This document shows positions 12,742 to 27,868 of a stretch of 64,000 nucleotides of DNA, piece after piece (within the stretch, counting starts at the first letter, position 1; each line of letters begins with the position of its first letter). Origin of the DNA: Octopus vulgaris (Eukaryota). A program made the position numbers and the translations under genes. The stretch spans positions 153,822,001 through 153,886,000 of the forward strand of contig OX597815.1 of assembly GCA_951406725.2 (NCBI GenBank), written 5' to 3'. The notes under the pieces were generated by a model. It did no database searches and was not told the origin of the DNA. It saw nothing but the letters and a program-made list of their open reading frames with translations.

Positions 12742-14809
12742 AACACACTCACAAACACACACACATGGTGGGAGAAAGATACATATATCCATATATGTAT
12801 ACACACACACACATATGTGTGTGTTTGTGTGTCTGCGTGTGTGTTCGTGCGAGTGTGTTTTACGCGTTTGGGTGTGTATACATATATGTTTGCATATGTA
12901 TATATGTGTGTATGTGTACGTCCCAAATTCACTATAACGTAATTACTACTTCATACCTAACCTGATAAATCCTGTTACCGCTAAATTCCTGACGAACTGA
13001 CACTAATAACAAATTAAGACCCTGACATCTAGATCCAATTAGGTATAAGACCCTTATAATCCCTTAGCCGTAAAATTATATAAAATACAATAGAAACAAT
13101 TCAACCAGACCAAGGTCCATATCAGGCAGCTGAAGTACTCTACAGAACTACAATGAGGAATAACATCGTAATGCTAGAAAATATAAAACTACACAAAAGA
13201 ACAAACCAAAAAGGGAAACGTGCAAACAACTACCGTATCTGATGGTATTATAGACTCACTCGTATCTTAGATGTATCCCAATAAAAGGTTTTGTGCATTA
13301 AAGCTTATGGAATATCGAACTTCACATATTAACGCCCGAGGTGATTTTTTTGAGGCATTTTTATTTAAGACTAAGGTGCGTCTTACATGCCATCAAGTAC
13401 AATACATAGATATCACAATAAGAAAAAAAAAACAAAACGTCCTAAGTACACATTAAAATCCCATAATCAGCTAGTCTGTTGAAAATCATTATGGTTTCGA
13501 CTCGGAACAGTAGCATTCATTCCAACGGTGTTAACTGTAACAAAAATATTTCAAGACTGCTTAGGAAATTCAAAATACAAAACAAAAGACACATCTTATA
13601 ATAATTCTGCTTGTTCCTTCGTTACTTAGTCCGTCCGTAACGCTTCCACGCGATTAGTTGAAGGGGGGAAAGAGAGGTGGTGGTGGTGAGTGAAATGTGT
13701 AATTTTTTAAAACTAAGTTTTATTCCTCTGTTACTTAGAACGTCTGTAACGCTTTCATGTGATTATTTTAAGGGAAAGGCGAAGGGCGGAAGAAAAAGGA
13801 GAAGGGCGGAAGAAAAAGGAGATAGCAAAAGAGGGTAGGACGAAGAGTGAGAGAAAGAGCGACATTGCTGTGTGTTAAGTCTATAAAATTGTGCATAAAA
13901 TATATAAAGTGCATTAAGTAATCATCGTATTCCACTTTTCTTCACCATCTTTTGATACAGACACAACGCACGCTACACTTTCAGGTTTTTTCAGAAATAA
14001 TCCAATAAGGTTACCATTAATTCCGTAAAATATTCACGGTTCCCACTGATAGCTCATAATTACACAAAGTTGTGAGACAACATTGTCCCAACAACAAATG
14101 ATATAAGCGTCTTTTCGAACCAACTAGAAAAGGGAAAGTCAAGGCGTATAACCCATCCACAACTCAAAGCCATTAGCATTTAAAGGTTGCTACGGTACAC
14201 ACAATTATAAGGAATATACACTCATTGAAACATTACTGATATCAGTTAAACGAAATTAAATGATAATTAAATAAAAACATATTATGCAAAAAGTTTGCAT
14301 TACGCTAATACTAGCACTAATTAAACATTAACTTAATTACTAATGAGTTCAGCGCAAAAAATTCCTCTAGCATAGCTGAATCAGTTAGGTAACATACCAT
14401 ACAGCAGGATGTTGTAAATATAGTTAAAACGTATATGTAAACGCTGCTGAGATTTCTACACGTAGCAACATAACAAAAAGCTGTATTTGTGATTGAATGA
14501 AACTCATCACACAAGACAAATACGGACTTTTCCAGTCAACAACTACATATAAAGTAAGCGTAGATAAACAATGTGGAACAAAAACTAATAGCTGCTTAAA
14601 GCATTCGCTTTCTGTCATTACGAAATTGAAATTAAACAGACATTAACCTACTGCTTATTAAACCCATGAATTAATGGTTATTGAAATGGAGTTAAAATAA
14701 AGAGAAAAACAAGACACGAATGTTAATTAAACAATAAATAAATTAGAATTACTATCAGTTACGGTGCATACATACATGCATACATACATACATACATACA
14801 TACATACAT

Positions 14810-14865
<56 letters not shown>

Positions 14866-14947
14866 GTATGTATATGTATATATATATATGCGCATATATA
14901 TATATATCTGTGTGTGTGTGCATATATACATTATTTACGTTAGACAG

Positions 14948-15152
14948 ATATTTGTCCTCATCATGTTTTTTGTTAACACAACGTTTCGGCTGATATACCC
15001 TCCACCCTTCATCAGGTGTCTTGGGGAAATTTCGAACCTACATTCTCATTCCTAAGGTATTTTTCGAAGTTATTATTATTATTATTATTATTGTTGAGTG
15101 AGAGAGCAGTGCATGCCATCAAAGTGACACTGGGGTAAAATAATAATAACAA

Positions 15153-15226
<74 letters not shown>

Positions 15227-15410
15227 TCACTGCCTGGAATCAACTCGGAATCTTGGGGTTAGTAGCCCGCGCTCTTCACCTCTACGTCATGTGCCCACGT
15301 GCATATTGCGTAGTGGTTAAGAGTGCGGGCTACTAACCCCAAGGTTCTGAGTTCGATTCCAGGCAGTGGCCTGAATAATAATAATTATGATAATAATAAT
15401 AATAACAACA
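14948..15410 (-). mobile_element. Composite element: tRNA-like head, (TAA)n and 3' hammerhead, with an inverted copy of the head
   Basis: Minus-strand head at about 15220-15297. Plus-strand inverted head at about 15300-15375. HHR at 14975-15020. Confidence 0.7.
14975..15020 (-). ncRNA. Type I minimal hammerhead ribozyme motif (canonical core)
   Basis: gacac CTGATGA a GGGTG gagggtatat CAGCC GAAA CG TT gtgtt. Stem I has 5 bp, stem II has one mismatch, stem III is palindromic ACGU, and the predicted site is GUU. Confidence 0.75.
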
Positions 15411-16337
15411 TGGACGTGCTACACCGTGCTCCCCATTCAAAAACAAATCTAATCCAATAACATCGATGGAATTAGATAAAGTAACCAGTGGAAGACTTGA
15501 AGGAAGCGGTCTTGTAACGAAAAAAAACCCCGAAATTTTACTGCCATACAAAGCACAGTTTCTCCTATGCACGATGTATCAGTGAAGCATGTGCAAAACA
15601 CACACGAAGTCAACATCGGAAAGTTCACAAATTATAAAATAGAAATGGAACAAAACAGTAAGTTCATACATTGAGTAATTGCGCTTACACTCGATGTCTA
15701 CACAATCATACATACATTTTGATAACCATAGGACTACACATACATCTAAATGTTTACGTAACTACGTGAAATTAACAGGACACACATTCACGCATATGAG
15801 ATCACGTGTCACAAACGAAGCAAAAACCAAAACCAAAACTTTTCTTTCTTTTTTCTTTTTTATTTTTCGATTTTTCGAACTAACACAGACAGAGCGAACC
15901 ATTCATAAGTTTAAAAACACCACTAAAAACTATGCTCGGAGATAAAACTATAAAAAAATACACACGAATACAAATCTGTTAGTCTTAAGAAGCTACGATA
16001 CGAGCAATGTTTACATGTAGAGAACTCAGTGACAGTGTTTTATCAAAAAATTGACCCTAAACAGACAAATCCGTCCCCTAATGTCAACGTCGAAGCTTGT
16101 CATACTTCAATAACAAAACAAATTACAAACCAGATTAGTCGACGACCAGACCACAAAGGCCCACGTACTCGATATACAGTGGGGGGAAAATAAATATTCG
16201 TACATGTCAAAATTCTTTATTTATTTAATTTCAAATGAACATAAATGGGATATACCAATACTATAGTTGCATACACATGCATGAACTAAGAATATGCAAA
16301 AGAAACTAATAAATTATAGTAACTAATGAATTTATAT

Positions 16338-16685
16338 ATATTGTTATATTTCGGAATGGTCATTTTTGCCAGTTTAGCCAATAAAAACACACGCACTTTG
16401 GTGTTACTTTGGTGTTACTTTGGTGTTACTTTGCTTCAGTGTTATTTATTTTTTATATTAATCTTAATCTTATTTCGGCCAGAGTTCTTTCGTCACACTC
16501 CTGTGACCGCATCAGTGGTCCTTTGTTTTCTTCTTTCTTATTTGTGTCTCTCCTTACTAACCGTCACCAAATATATAGTGCGTGTGTTTTTATTGGCTAA
16601 ACTGGCAAAATGACCATTCCGAAATATAACAATATCTGTTTCAACACACGACTTCACATAAAAAATCTTGCACAACAAATATATA
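16338..16685. mobile_element. Fold-back HHR element inserted in the Tc1 left end
   Basis: Inverted arms at about 16338-16397 and 16578-16635. HHR motif on minus 16477-16520: gacca CTGATGC g GTCAC aggagt GTGAC GAAA GAAC TC tggcc. Relatives at about 20590-20825, 22075-22395 and 25515-25670. Confidence 0.75.
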
Positions 16686-16904
16686 AACGTACTAATTTAT
16701 ATATAATTATAAATATTTAGGGGTGAAAAAAGTATTCGTACAGAATAAATTTATGATTTTCTATGCCATAAAATACTGTTAAAATTATTTTTTTTACTAG
16801 AACTTTCTCGTTTGTTCCAATAATCTTATCAGTTGTCATTTTTAAGTGTCAAAACGCTAGCTTCTTCATTCAGCACTGTGACAACATAAAGCAGTATCGT
16901 AATA

Positions 16905-17937
<1,033 letters not shown>

Positions 17938-18446
17938 ATCAGAATTATCAGTTATTTATGTTCAGTACGAATACTTTTTTCACCCCTAAATATTTATAAT
18001 TGAATATAAATTCCTTAGTTGCTTCATTTTTCTTAAAGATCTAGGAGAAATCTTGCATAGTGCACCGGATCTTATTCTGTTTTCAACAGTTCCCGATTTT
18101 TTTATATCTTTGAATAAATGAAGATATGGTAGAAAATGGAATACAAAGGGTCTCTGATATTTTCCTGTAGCTTTTACCTCTTTTCCATTGTTCAATAATT
18201 AGTTTCTACATGCATCAGAAAAGGACGACGAGACAAGCGCACGGCTTGCAGATCAGCGACCGAGAAAGAAAGCTCACCGTGCATCTGAAACCGAACATCA
18301 ACGAAACGTTAGATAAATGAAATAACACACACAACTCACTTATTGTCATATCATAAACAAACACAAGTTCATGTATGATATTGATCTTTCTTCTACTTCA
18401 ATTATTACATAGTAATCTCTTCTAAAAATGCACACATACAGGTCCA

Positions 18447-18765
<319 letters not shown>

Positions 18766-19682
18766 TTATTGAACATCTGATAATGAATGGTAATTAGAGG
18801 ATATCTTTCATCATGTGCTATTAGTTGTTGTTTTCTTGACCAGTCGAAACCTGAATAAAAAATAATTCAGTTTGTTCGCTTGCAAGATTTATTATTGTTT
18901 AGACTATAGAAGAATTGGTGTTGTCACTCTTTCGGATGTGTCTGACAAGTTGACATAAAAACATTTGAATTGGAATTAGCAAACAGCCAAACGGACAACT
19001 CATTTCAGCGACCGATCAGTGCAAGGGCGATAAGCGGATACAAATACATATGAACAACGACTGCGTCTAGAGATAAGAAATAGGTTGAGTGGAAATGGAG
19101 AGTGTTGATCAGAATAAGGTTATGTGTAAAGGAGATTAGCTGGTGAAAACTATTAAGTTTACTATAAGTTGTACAGGCAACTTTAAATGGCGTAGGTCAT
19201 GGCTGTGTGCTTAAGACGTTCGCTTCTCAACCACGTGGTTTTGAGTTCAAGTTCACAGAGCAATACCTTGGGCAAGTTTTTCTCTTTACTATAACCTCAC
19301 AATGACCAAAGCCTTGGGAGTGAATATGGCAAAAGGAAGCCTATTTGTATATTAGAAAAATATAGAGTAACCCATCAGATCAATATAAAATTGTTTTTAT
19401 TATAAGTGAACAAAGAACAGACATTAATATACATACATACTGTTATGTGTAGTTTGGGTTCTAATGGGAAAGACAACCAAATGAAAACCATTGTTATTGT
19501 TTACGTGTTTATTATCTTTACTTGTTACACGGACGACGACGTTCAGCGTAGTAATACATTATATACTTTACACACAGTTTGTACTATTCACTACAAAATA
19601 GTGCCAAGAGTGGGGATGCACGTATACACAGATATGAATGTGTAACACATACATACATACATACATGTATACATAATATATA

Positions 19683-19899
19683 CGAGGGGATGCTTAAAAT
19701 TTCCTCGCTTTGGGTAAAAGAAAATACAGAAAAATCAGTTAATTATGATTTTATGCAACATATTCTCCTTTCAGATTCATACACTTATTGCAGCGGTCCT
19801 TTAGTTTTTCTAAGCCCTGTAAAAGAACTCGGAAGGTTGGGCCTCCAACCAAGCCTTTCGCGACACCCTTAAATCCAGGAACTTTTCAGCATCCCCTCG
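19683..19899. mobile_element. mariner-like MITE with TA TSD
   Basis: TA|CGAGGGGATGCTTAAAATTTCCT ... AGGAACTTTTCAGCATCCCCTCG|TA. Confidence 0.85.
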
Positions 19900-20359
19900 T
19901 ATATACAAAGAATGGCTAAGAACTTGTTACAGAAGGTACGGCTACGTTCATTGTGCTGATCAATCAGGAGTGATCTGGGGTTAAACAACAACTACATTCG
20001 ACTTTAAGGAATCGGTTCACAAACTTCATTTATCTATCATCAATTGTTCCAATTTCAGTAGACGGAATGGCAAACAAGGTCACAGTCTAGTGCTAACAGT
20101 TATACTGTTCAAATATCAATTCTCGAGTTTCTGTGATTAGTATCTATTGAAAGGCCGAAGCCGGATGACCACTAGTCACACGAAATTGCAGGTTTTACGT
20201 CAAAATGTGCCTCCCTTAGAAGGATGCCGTGAGAACATCTAGGGGGCCTTCACTCCGCTGGTTTTATTGAGTGCCCTGACACCAACCAAGGGTATTTCTG
20301 CGACTCCATGCTCAGATGCATTAGTCTCACTTATATGTATAGGACCCTATACATATATA

Positions 20360-20587
20360 GGCGAGCTGGCAGAAACGTTAGCACGCCGGGCGAAATGCGT
20401 TGCCGTATTTCGTCTGCCGTTACGTTCCGAGTTCAAATTCCGCCGAGGTCGACTTTGCCTTTCATCCTTCCGGGGTCGATAAATTAAGTACCAGTTACGC
20501 ACTGGGGTCGATGTAATCGACTTAATCCGTTTGTCTGTCCTTGTTTGTCTCCTCTGTGTTTAGCCCCTTGTGGGTAGTAAAGAAATA
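20360..20587 (+). mobile_element. tRNA-derived SINE family A
   Basis: Closely similar to the reverse complement of 3131-3361. Confidence 0.88.
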
Positions 20588-20819
20588 TATATATATATGT
20601 ACATATACTTTTATCTATTTTCCTTGCATCAGTCATTAGACTGCAGCCAAGAGGAGACACGTGGAATAGAGAGTCACTGAAGAGATCACCGGATCTATGA
20701 CGAAAGATTTCCAGACAAAGGACATAAAATAAGAATACTAATAAATCTGAAATGAAGAACGAATATGTAGTGCGTGTGTTTGGCAAAAGGGAAAAAAAGA
20801 CCATCCCGAAATATATACA

Positions 20820-21035
20820 TATATATAATACACATACACACGTGAGCACATAGGTACAAAACAAAGAGGAAAAACTAGTACTCGAATAATGTCAAGAGTA
20901 GAATAATATGCTTTTATTAAAGCTACAAAATTACCCCAAGACTGTTACTCAGAGTTTCACGTTCCCGTTTCATCACAAATGTTCGATGAACAGGAACGCG
21001 AAACTCTGAGTAACAGTCTTGTGGTAATTTTGCGG
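20820..21035. mobile_element. Small fold-back element with two degenerate HHR motifs head-to-head (same family as 51916-52420)
   Basis: CTGTTACTCAGAGTTTCACGTTCC ... GGAACGCGAAACTCTGAGTAACAG form an inverted pair. Confidence 0.7.
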
Positions 21036-21092
21036 AGCTTTCTAGGTGCAATCCCATAGTCATTCGTGACCGAAGGAGGTTTGCATTCTTTA

Positions 21093-21921
21093 TCTCTCTA
21101 TATATAAAAGGCAGTTTGTCTGTCTGTGTGTCTGTCAGGTTGTACCCTCACCCTGACCACGGCTTTCAACCGATTCTGATGAAACTTGACACACACATAG
21201 CCCAATGTCATAATTCAAAACTAACGCAGCGAAAATTTTGAAAAGTTCCCCCAGTTCTGGAAAAAATCGATAAATTCGACATGGAGTCGAGAATCTAAGC
21301 TTATCATATGCAACACATTTTCCGTTGTAGTTTTTGCAACTTGCAATCGAATTTCACCAAACTCATGGTGAAGCTTAATGTTACTCTAAGGAACTTAATT
21401 CTGACGTTAGTTTTCCATGCAATACCTTACCATCAGAAAAAATCGATAAAATTATGCTGTTTAATATCTTTAACAAATTGGCAGGAATTCTTTTTGAAAT
21501 TCACAGCGAGCATCATGTCTGCTCCAAGGAGCTATATTGCCCTTTTGATTCCAATATGATACGTTATTACTGGAAAAAATCGGTTAATTACATCATATGT
21601 GGCACACATAACAAACCGATTTTTCTGCGATATTTTTTGAGAGTTCACATAGATTTTCCCTACACCGGTGCTGGACTTCAAGTTTGCATTAAATGTCACC
21701 GATGTTGGACATCAAATTTGCATTAAATGTCAAACTAACGACCTTTTGTCAATGCAGTTAACAAGTATTGGGAGAAATTGACAAAACCATATCACTTCGA
21801 GACCGACCATGATTTTACAAAATAACGGTTCAATGAGTACAAAAAAGGGTAAAAAGGTAAAGGGTATTGCTTATCGACAAAGTTTCTTACATACTCGGGC
21901 AACGCCGGGCTATGCTGCTAG
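21093..21921 (+). mobile_element. Non-autonomous Helitron
   Basis: 5' A|TC start (TCTCTCTATATATAAAAGG). 3' GC-rich hairpin CTCGGGCAACGCCGGG followed by CTAG|T. Confidence 0.75.
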
Positions 21922-21967
21922 TTCTTTATATACATGGGTGTATGTATGTATATTGTATGTATGTATG

Positions 21968-21998
<31 letters not shown>

Positions 21999-22015
21999 GT
22001 ATGTATGTATGTATG

Positions 22016-22047
<32 letters not shown>

Positions 22048-22153
22048 AGAGCAAATTGCTGGGCTATTTAATTCAAATATTGTGTATTTCTAATATTCTT
22101 AGTCTATTAGATATTGGACTAAGCGGAGCAAGAGCACGCACGAGGACGGAAAG

Positions 22154-22196
22154 TATCGCTGAAGAGGTCACAGACGAGTGACGAAAGATTTCCAGA
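22154..22196 (+). ncRNA. Hammerhead-like motif (canonical core, weak stem I)
   Basis: CTGAAGA g GTCAC agacga GTGAC GAAA GATT TC. Stem I pairing is poor. Confidence 0.5.
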
Positions 22197-22679
22197 CAAT
22201 GGGCATGAGTTAAGATAAGAACAGTAATAAACGAGCGAAGAACGAATACATAGTGCGTGTGTTTATTGGGTGGGTGGGTGGGTGGGTTGAAAGAGACTAA
22301 AAACAACCCTAAAGCAAATGACCATCCCGAAATACAAGAATATCTGTTTCAACACACGGTTTCACATCAGGAATCTTGCAACACATATTCATAAACTTAA
22401 TTCAAATAAATATTTGAATTGAATTCTGACGTTATACACTGGCCAAATATTGGGGACTGAATCACATTTCATTGATCGATTGTATCAAAAATCGTGTATG
22501 GTATCTATTGTGGTACCATACACGATTATTGCTACCTATTTTGTCGATCTTAAGCATTTGTGGGCAAAGTCGAACTCGGGCTGAATTTCAACTAAGAATG
22601 TAAAATGACGTAACTCGATGTTTTCCATGCTCACTGCTCTCATTGAAATATTCAAGTAAATGTAAATCTCCCACGTTGT

Positions 22680-22906
22680 TATGAAGGTGGTAGTGCTTGT
22701 GATAGTGGTGGTGAAAATGATAGTGATAGTGGTGATTGTGAGTTTTGGCTGTAGTGGTTGTGGTGGTGGTGGTAGCAGTTGTGATAGTGGGGGTGGTGAA
22801 GGTAAGAAAATGTTGAACATAATAGACAATAAAAAGAAAAATATAATGGTGGGCGAATCCACTAAGATAATTATTCCTGCTACTGTTGCTGGTAGTGGTG
22901 GTGGTG

Positions 22907-22964
<58 letters not shown>

Positions 22965-23165
22965 CAGTATCATAACTTCTACTGCTTCTATGAAACCTGT
23001 TGTAAACATCACCGTCGTTGTCTTCACCACTACCACCACCACCACCACCACCACCACCATGTACATCACCACAACCACCATACCACCACTACCACTATGA
23101 TGATGAGGATCATCATCATCATCATCATCACCACCATCATCATCATCATCGTCGTCGTCATCACT
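22680..23165. repeat. Degenerate trinucleotide array (GTG/CTA/CCA/CAT)n
   Basis: Directly visible. Confidence 0.85.
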
Positions 23166-24761
23166 AACACCACAGGCGTTTCTTAAATAGGAATGAGTGA
23201 TTCAAATAGTGACGTGTGTTAGATGTATGAATTAATGTTTATTGACGCAGAGATTTAAGGTTAATCCTCTTTCAAACCTTGAATAACTCGTTGACCGAAG
23301 TTGATGTTGATAAGTTAACTGTGACTGATAACCGTCAGCCTCATTATCATCATCGTTGTCGCCGTTGTCATCATCAGCCTCACCACCACCACTACCACCA
23401 CCACTAAGAACAACAACAACAACAACAACACTATCATCTACAATTTTACAAAGCTGAGATGTCATTAAGGCAAAGGACAGGCTTATCGCCGGGAGATACG
23501 AGGACAGTTGTTTCTGTCTTAATAATCGTTATCAGCACGACAACTGTCCGACCTTATTCCCTGTAGCCAAGGCATTTAGACTTATACTAAAGAGGGGAAA
23601 ATGTAGAACATATTTATGGCCTACTCTACTCAAATGGACTTGGTCGTAATTGCGATTTAATAATTATGACACTTTTTAGAGGCAGAGATAATTTTGATAG
23701 ACCCAAAAAGTATATTGTATATTATTTGATATACCTGTACTTGTTTAATTTATGAAGCACCAGGTTATCAGGTTCCTCTTTGTTGTACATCTGTCAGAGT
23801 CATACACACCACATACACACACGTATACATACACTCACGTACGGTTTATTACATCCACCCCACCAAAAAAAAAACGACAATCTCTGGTCGATCGTAACTT
23901 TGAATGAAATGAAAGATTCGAATGGCCTTTAGATATATCTAGTTTGAAGGGGGATAGTTATTTGTAACCGTAATTCAAAATTGGAGATATAGGGCGGAAT
24001 GTGAGCCCTATACACATTGTTCCCATGGGTAAGTATCTGAAGTAAGCGTATGTATTAATATCTTTATGCGAAGGGACACAAACACACAAAAAATGTATAA
24101 GAGATAATGAAAAGATGCAGAAATGTAATATCAAAGATACAGAACCATTCATACATATACATCCAGCTGTCAGATCTATACATATGTATTTAAATTCCTA
24201 AATTTGTAATCGAATTTTTAAGAACAGAAGAGAATTATGTAGGAGGATTATAGTCGGGATTAACATTAGTTCTCATTCGTCGAACGAGGGCCAAATGTTA
24301 TCATTGCCTATTATGATAAAAAAAACCCCTAAATTTAGGATCCCAACTGGCTGGCACCTCCCCCACCACACATACACACACACATAAAGTGAAAGAATAG
24401 GGATTTGAAAAATGGTTAGTACGTAATGACTACTCTGATACAATCTAGATCTGGCTAACCCCATCAAATGATAGGGAACATTCAGAATTGTTTAATGTAA
24501 CAAATGACACTGATTCGCTTCATTGGGATTTAAACAGTAAGCAGAGTATAACATCAAGACATCATAAAGAAGAACGGAGAAGCACACATCTTCAGAAGTT
24601 ATTTATTAAAGTATTATTTTCACCAAATTCCAATCTGACACGAGTTTCTGCCGGATAAATGTCCTGGTGTCCTTTGATTTAGCAGTTATGTGCATTTAGT
24701 TGATTTATGTAATTGCGTTAGTTCATCCAAAGGCTGACATTCCTATGCATTTGCATACACG

Positions 24762-24839
<78 letters not shown>

Positions 24840-24865
24840 CACACAAACACACCACACACACACAA

Positions 24866-24896
<31 letters not shown>

Positions 24897-24971
24897 CACA
24901 TACATATATATATGCGCATGTGTGCGCATACATACATATATATGCGCGCGCGCGTATATATATATATATAT

Positions 24972-25465
24972 TCAATTCAATTCAATTTTTATTGACTCAA
25001 AAAGCAAAAGCAAGGCCATGTAGGGGGACAGGGAGTTATGTACAGGGAGGGTGGTCATACAAAGAGTTCAGGCCATTTCTGGTCAAGAGACACTTTGAAC
25101 CGAGCGGTCGTCGGCATCTTCACTATCTCGTCCGGCAGCTTATTCCACGGATCCGTAACCCGGACGGAGAAAGCCCCTCTCCTTCGATTGAGATGAAATC
25201 GTCGTAGATAGAGCTTTTCGGAGTGACCCCGCAGCCCACGCTCTGGAGCAGGAATGAAGAACAGCTCTTTCGAGAGGTTACACTTTCCGCTTATGATGTT
25301 GTGAGTGAGAATGAGATCACCACGGCGTCGTCGTTTTTCGAGAGAATAAAGGTCGAGCGTCTTCAGCCTTTTTTCATAAGACAAATGCTCAAGACCAAGA
25401 ACCATGCGGGTAGCCAGCTTCTGGACTCTTTCGAGATGATGTATGTCTTTGAGGAGATTAGGAGA
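24972..25465 (-). mobile_element. CR1-clade LINE 3' fragment
   Basis: MVLGLEHLSYEKRLKTLDLYSLEKRRRRGDLI...RGHSEKL...WNKLP, with an (AATTG)n tail. Confidence 0.88.
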
Positions 25466-25476
25466 TAAGGATATAT

Positions 25477-25520
<44 letters not shown>

Positions 25521-26413
25521 ATAGTTGAGGATGGTCATATTTTGCCAATTAAACACATGCACTATATGTTTGCCCTTTACTTCAGCTTTATTATCATTAT
25601 CATTATTTTTGATTATTTGTCAAAGCTCTTTCGTCACACATCCTGTGACATCTTCCGCGACTCTATATCGCACATGCCTCCTCTTGTTCTGGTGGGGACT
25701 CAAGGAGGAGAAAAGCTCGTCAGTTCTCGACCAACATGTTCAATTAGAATACAGAGGCTCGGTTAATAAAATAACATAGGTGTTAAGATATTATCAATAC
25801 ATAGAACAGACTCGACACAAATTACGGAGGCCACACATATAGTAATAGACAGAACGAGCCTCAACAGAAAACATGAATGGAATAACAACACTCCTCCACT
25901 CCACCACACTGCGCGACCTGATGATTAAAGATTGAGTGAAAAAGAATCACACACAAATACAAACAGTATAGTACATAAACCCGTATATGCACCAAAGGAC
26001 ACACATACATATACTAAAGACGGAATGAAAAAGAAAAGAGTACAAACAAGTAAATAAACGAATAAAATAACTAAATAAAAGACACGGGTACGGTATAGTA
26101 AGCAAACTCATAAACATGCACACGAAACACACATGCTAAACTCATAGAAAGCACACACGCACACACACCGAAGCACAAGTGCAAACGTATGTACACATAA
26201 GCATAGAGGTATGTGGGATAAAGATTCGTTAAAAAACCTTTATCCGATAGGAAAAAGATTCCTGTCTGTAGGAAAGACGGGACTCTTTTACCTATGTTAG
26301 TTTTTACATTAAGGGAAAAAGAGGGTGGTGGTGGTTGGCGAACTAAATTATTTTCCTAAGTCTATTCTTAGGTCTATCGTTATTATTCTTGTTATTATTC
26401 GATGGGTTATACA

Positions 26414-26632
26414 AGGCGGCGAACTGGCAGAATCTTTAGCATGCCGGACAAAATGCTTAGCGGCATTTCGTCTGCCGTTACGTTCTGAGTTCAAATTCCG
26501 CCGTGGTCGACTTTGCCTTTCATCCTTTCGGAGTCGATAGATTAAGGACCAGTCAAGTACTGGGATCGATGGGATCGACTATCGCCTTCCCCACAAATTT
26601 TAGACCTTGTGCCTTTAGTAGAACGGATTATT
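26414..26632 (+). mobile_element. tRNA-derived SINE family A
   Basis: Same head and central domain as 20360-20587. Confidence 0.85.
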
Positions 26633-27644
26633 AGACGGGTAATATATTAATCTATCCTTAAAGCCACTAACCAAGGAAGTCTGCCCCAAAAGGGGCTAGA
26701 TCTTTAACCGTAGGAGGGTTTTTACGCATCTTTGAATAAAATTGTAACGTTCAGTAGTACAGAGATATAGTGTAGTCTTCAACTGGCTTGAGGAGTATCC
26801 TGTAGTATAGGTTATTCGGTGGTTTACATATGTCCTTAGCAGAGTAATCCATGTGGTATAAATCCAAAATAGAATGTAAAGTGGTAAAATCGTTAGAGCC
26901 ACTTAAGTTGGCGAAGCTATCACGCCAAATATACGAAGGTTATGAATTTGTAGTAGAAAGCCACTTGTGGAGGTATACCGTGTACTGTTCCGTGATGGTA
27001 AGATCAACAAAAAAAGTGTAGGTTACTTGGGTGAGTTCCTATTCGCAAAATCTTTGGGAAGGATGTGAAATAGAATATCAGAAGACTTAATTAGGGTTGC
27101 GTATCAGAAGCTTAAATTAGGTGGAATTTCACGATAGCGAGTAAAAAAACAAAAAGCAAAAGACATCGTTACAAAAATATATTTGATTTACTCTATCACA
27201 TGTGGACAAGAGATGACTAATAACTGAGTGAAGTTGGTGTGTGAGATTTATAACTTACTTTTGCGTGAAACCCATTTGGATTAATATAAGTTACACAAAC
27301 ACCTTTCATATTTACTTCATGAAAGAGGATATTAGTTAATTCTTCCCGATTGGGGTTGTGGTTAGCCACATATAGGGTCAATTGGAAGAAACGAACATCG
27401 GCATTTCTCAGTTTAGCTGCAGATGGTGAGATATGTTGACAGGTCGACAGCTGGTCACTAATTCACTATAAAAAAATTAGTTCTCTGTAACGCTGAGAAC
27501 CGGTTTGCTGATATTACTGCGCCTTAGCTCCGACTGGCTGGCTGCCGTAGCACTACTGTGCTACTACGCAGTATCGCACTAGCTTATGCGACTCACTACA
27601 AAAGTACTCCATCTGGTGAGAGTTAAAGTATATGTAATAAAAAC

Positions 27645-27868
27645 AATACATAACTATGAGAGCGAATCCACTATGTGGACGCTCTTACGCTAGATATAGA
27701 TCCGCAAAGGGATTCAACCACTAAGAATTGTTCTCAAGAAATAATTGTTCTTTAATAATTGTTCTCAAGAAATAATTCAACACACTTCTTAGTGGTTGAA
27801 TCCCTTTTCGGATCTATATCTAGCGTAAGAGCGTCCACATAGTGGATTCTCTCTCATAGATGTGTATT
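27645..27868. repeat. Near-perfect inverted repeat (about 83-bp arms)
   Basis: 27645-27727 is the reverse complement of 27786-27868. The spacer holds a direct duplication AATTGTTCTCAAGAAATAATT. Confidence 0.9.

Noticed and set aside
15300-15375. Functional tRNA gene
   Set aside because: The acceptor and anticodon stems do not pair properly. It runs into (TAA)n and is duplicated as an inverted repeat, so it is treated as a SINE-like head.
18215-18320. Helitron N-terminal 'ETxEQR'-like peptide
   Set aside because: Too short and low in complexity to call.
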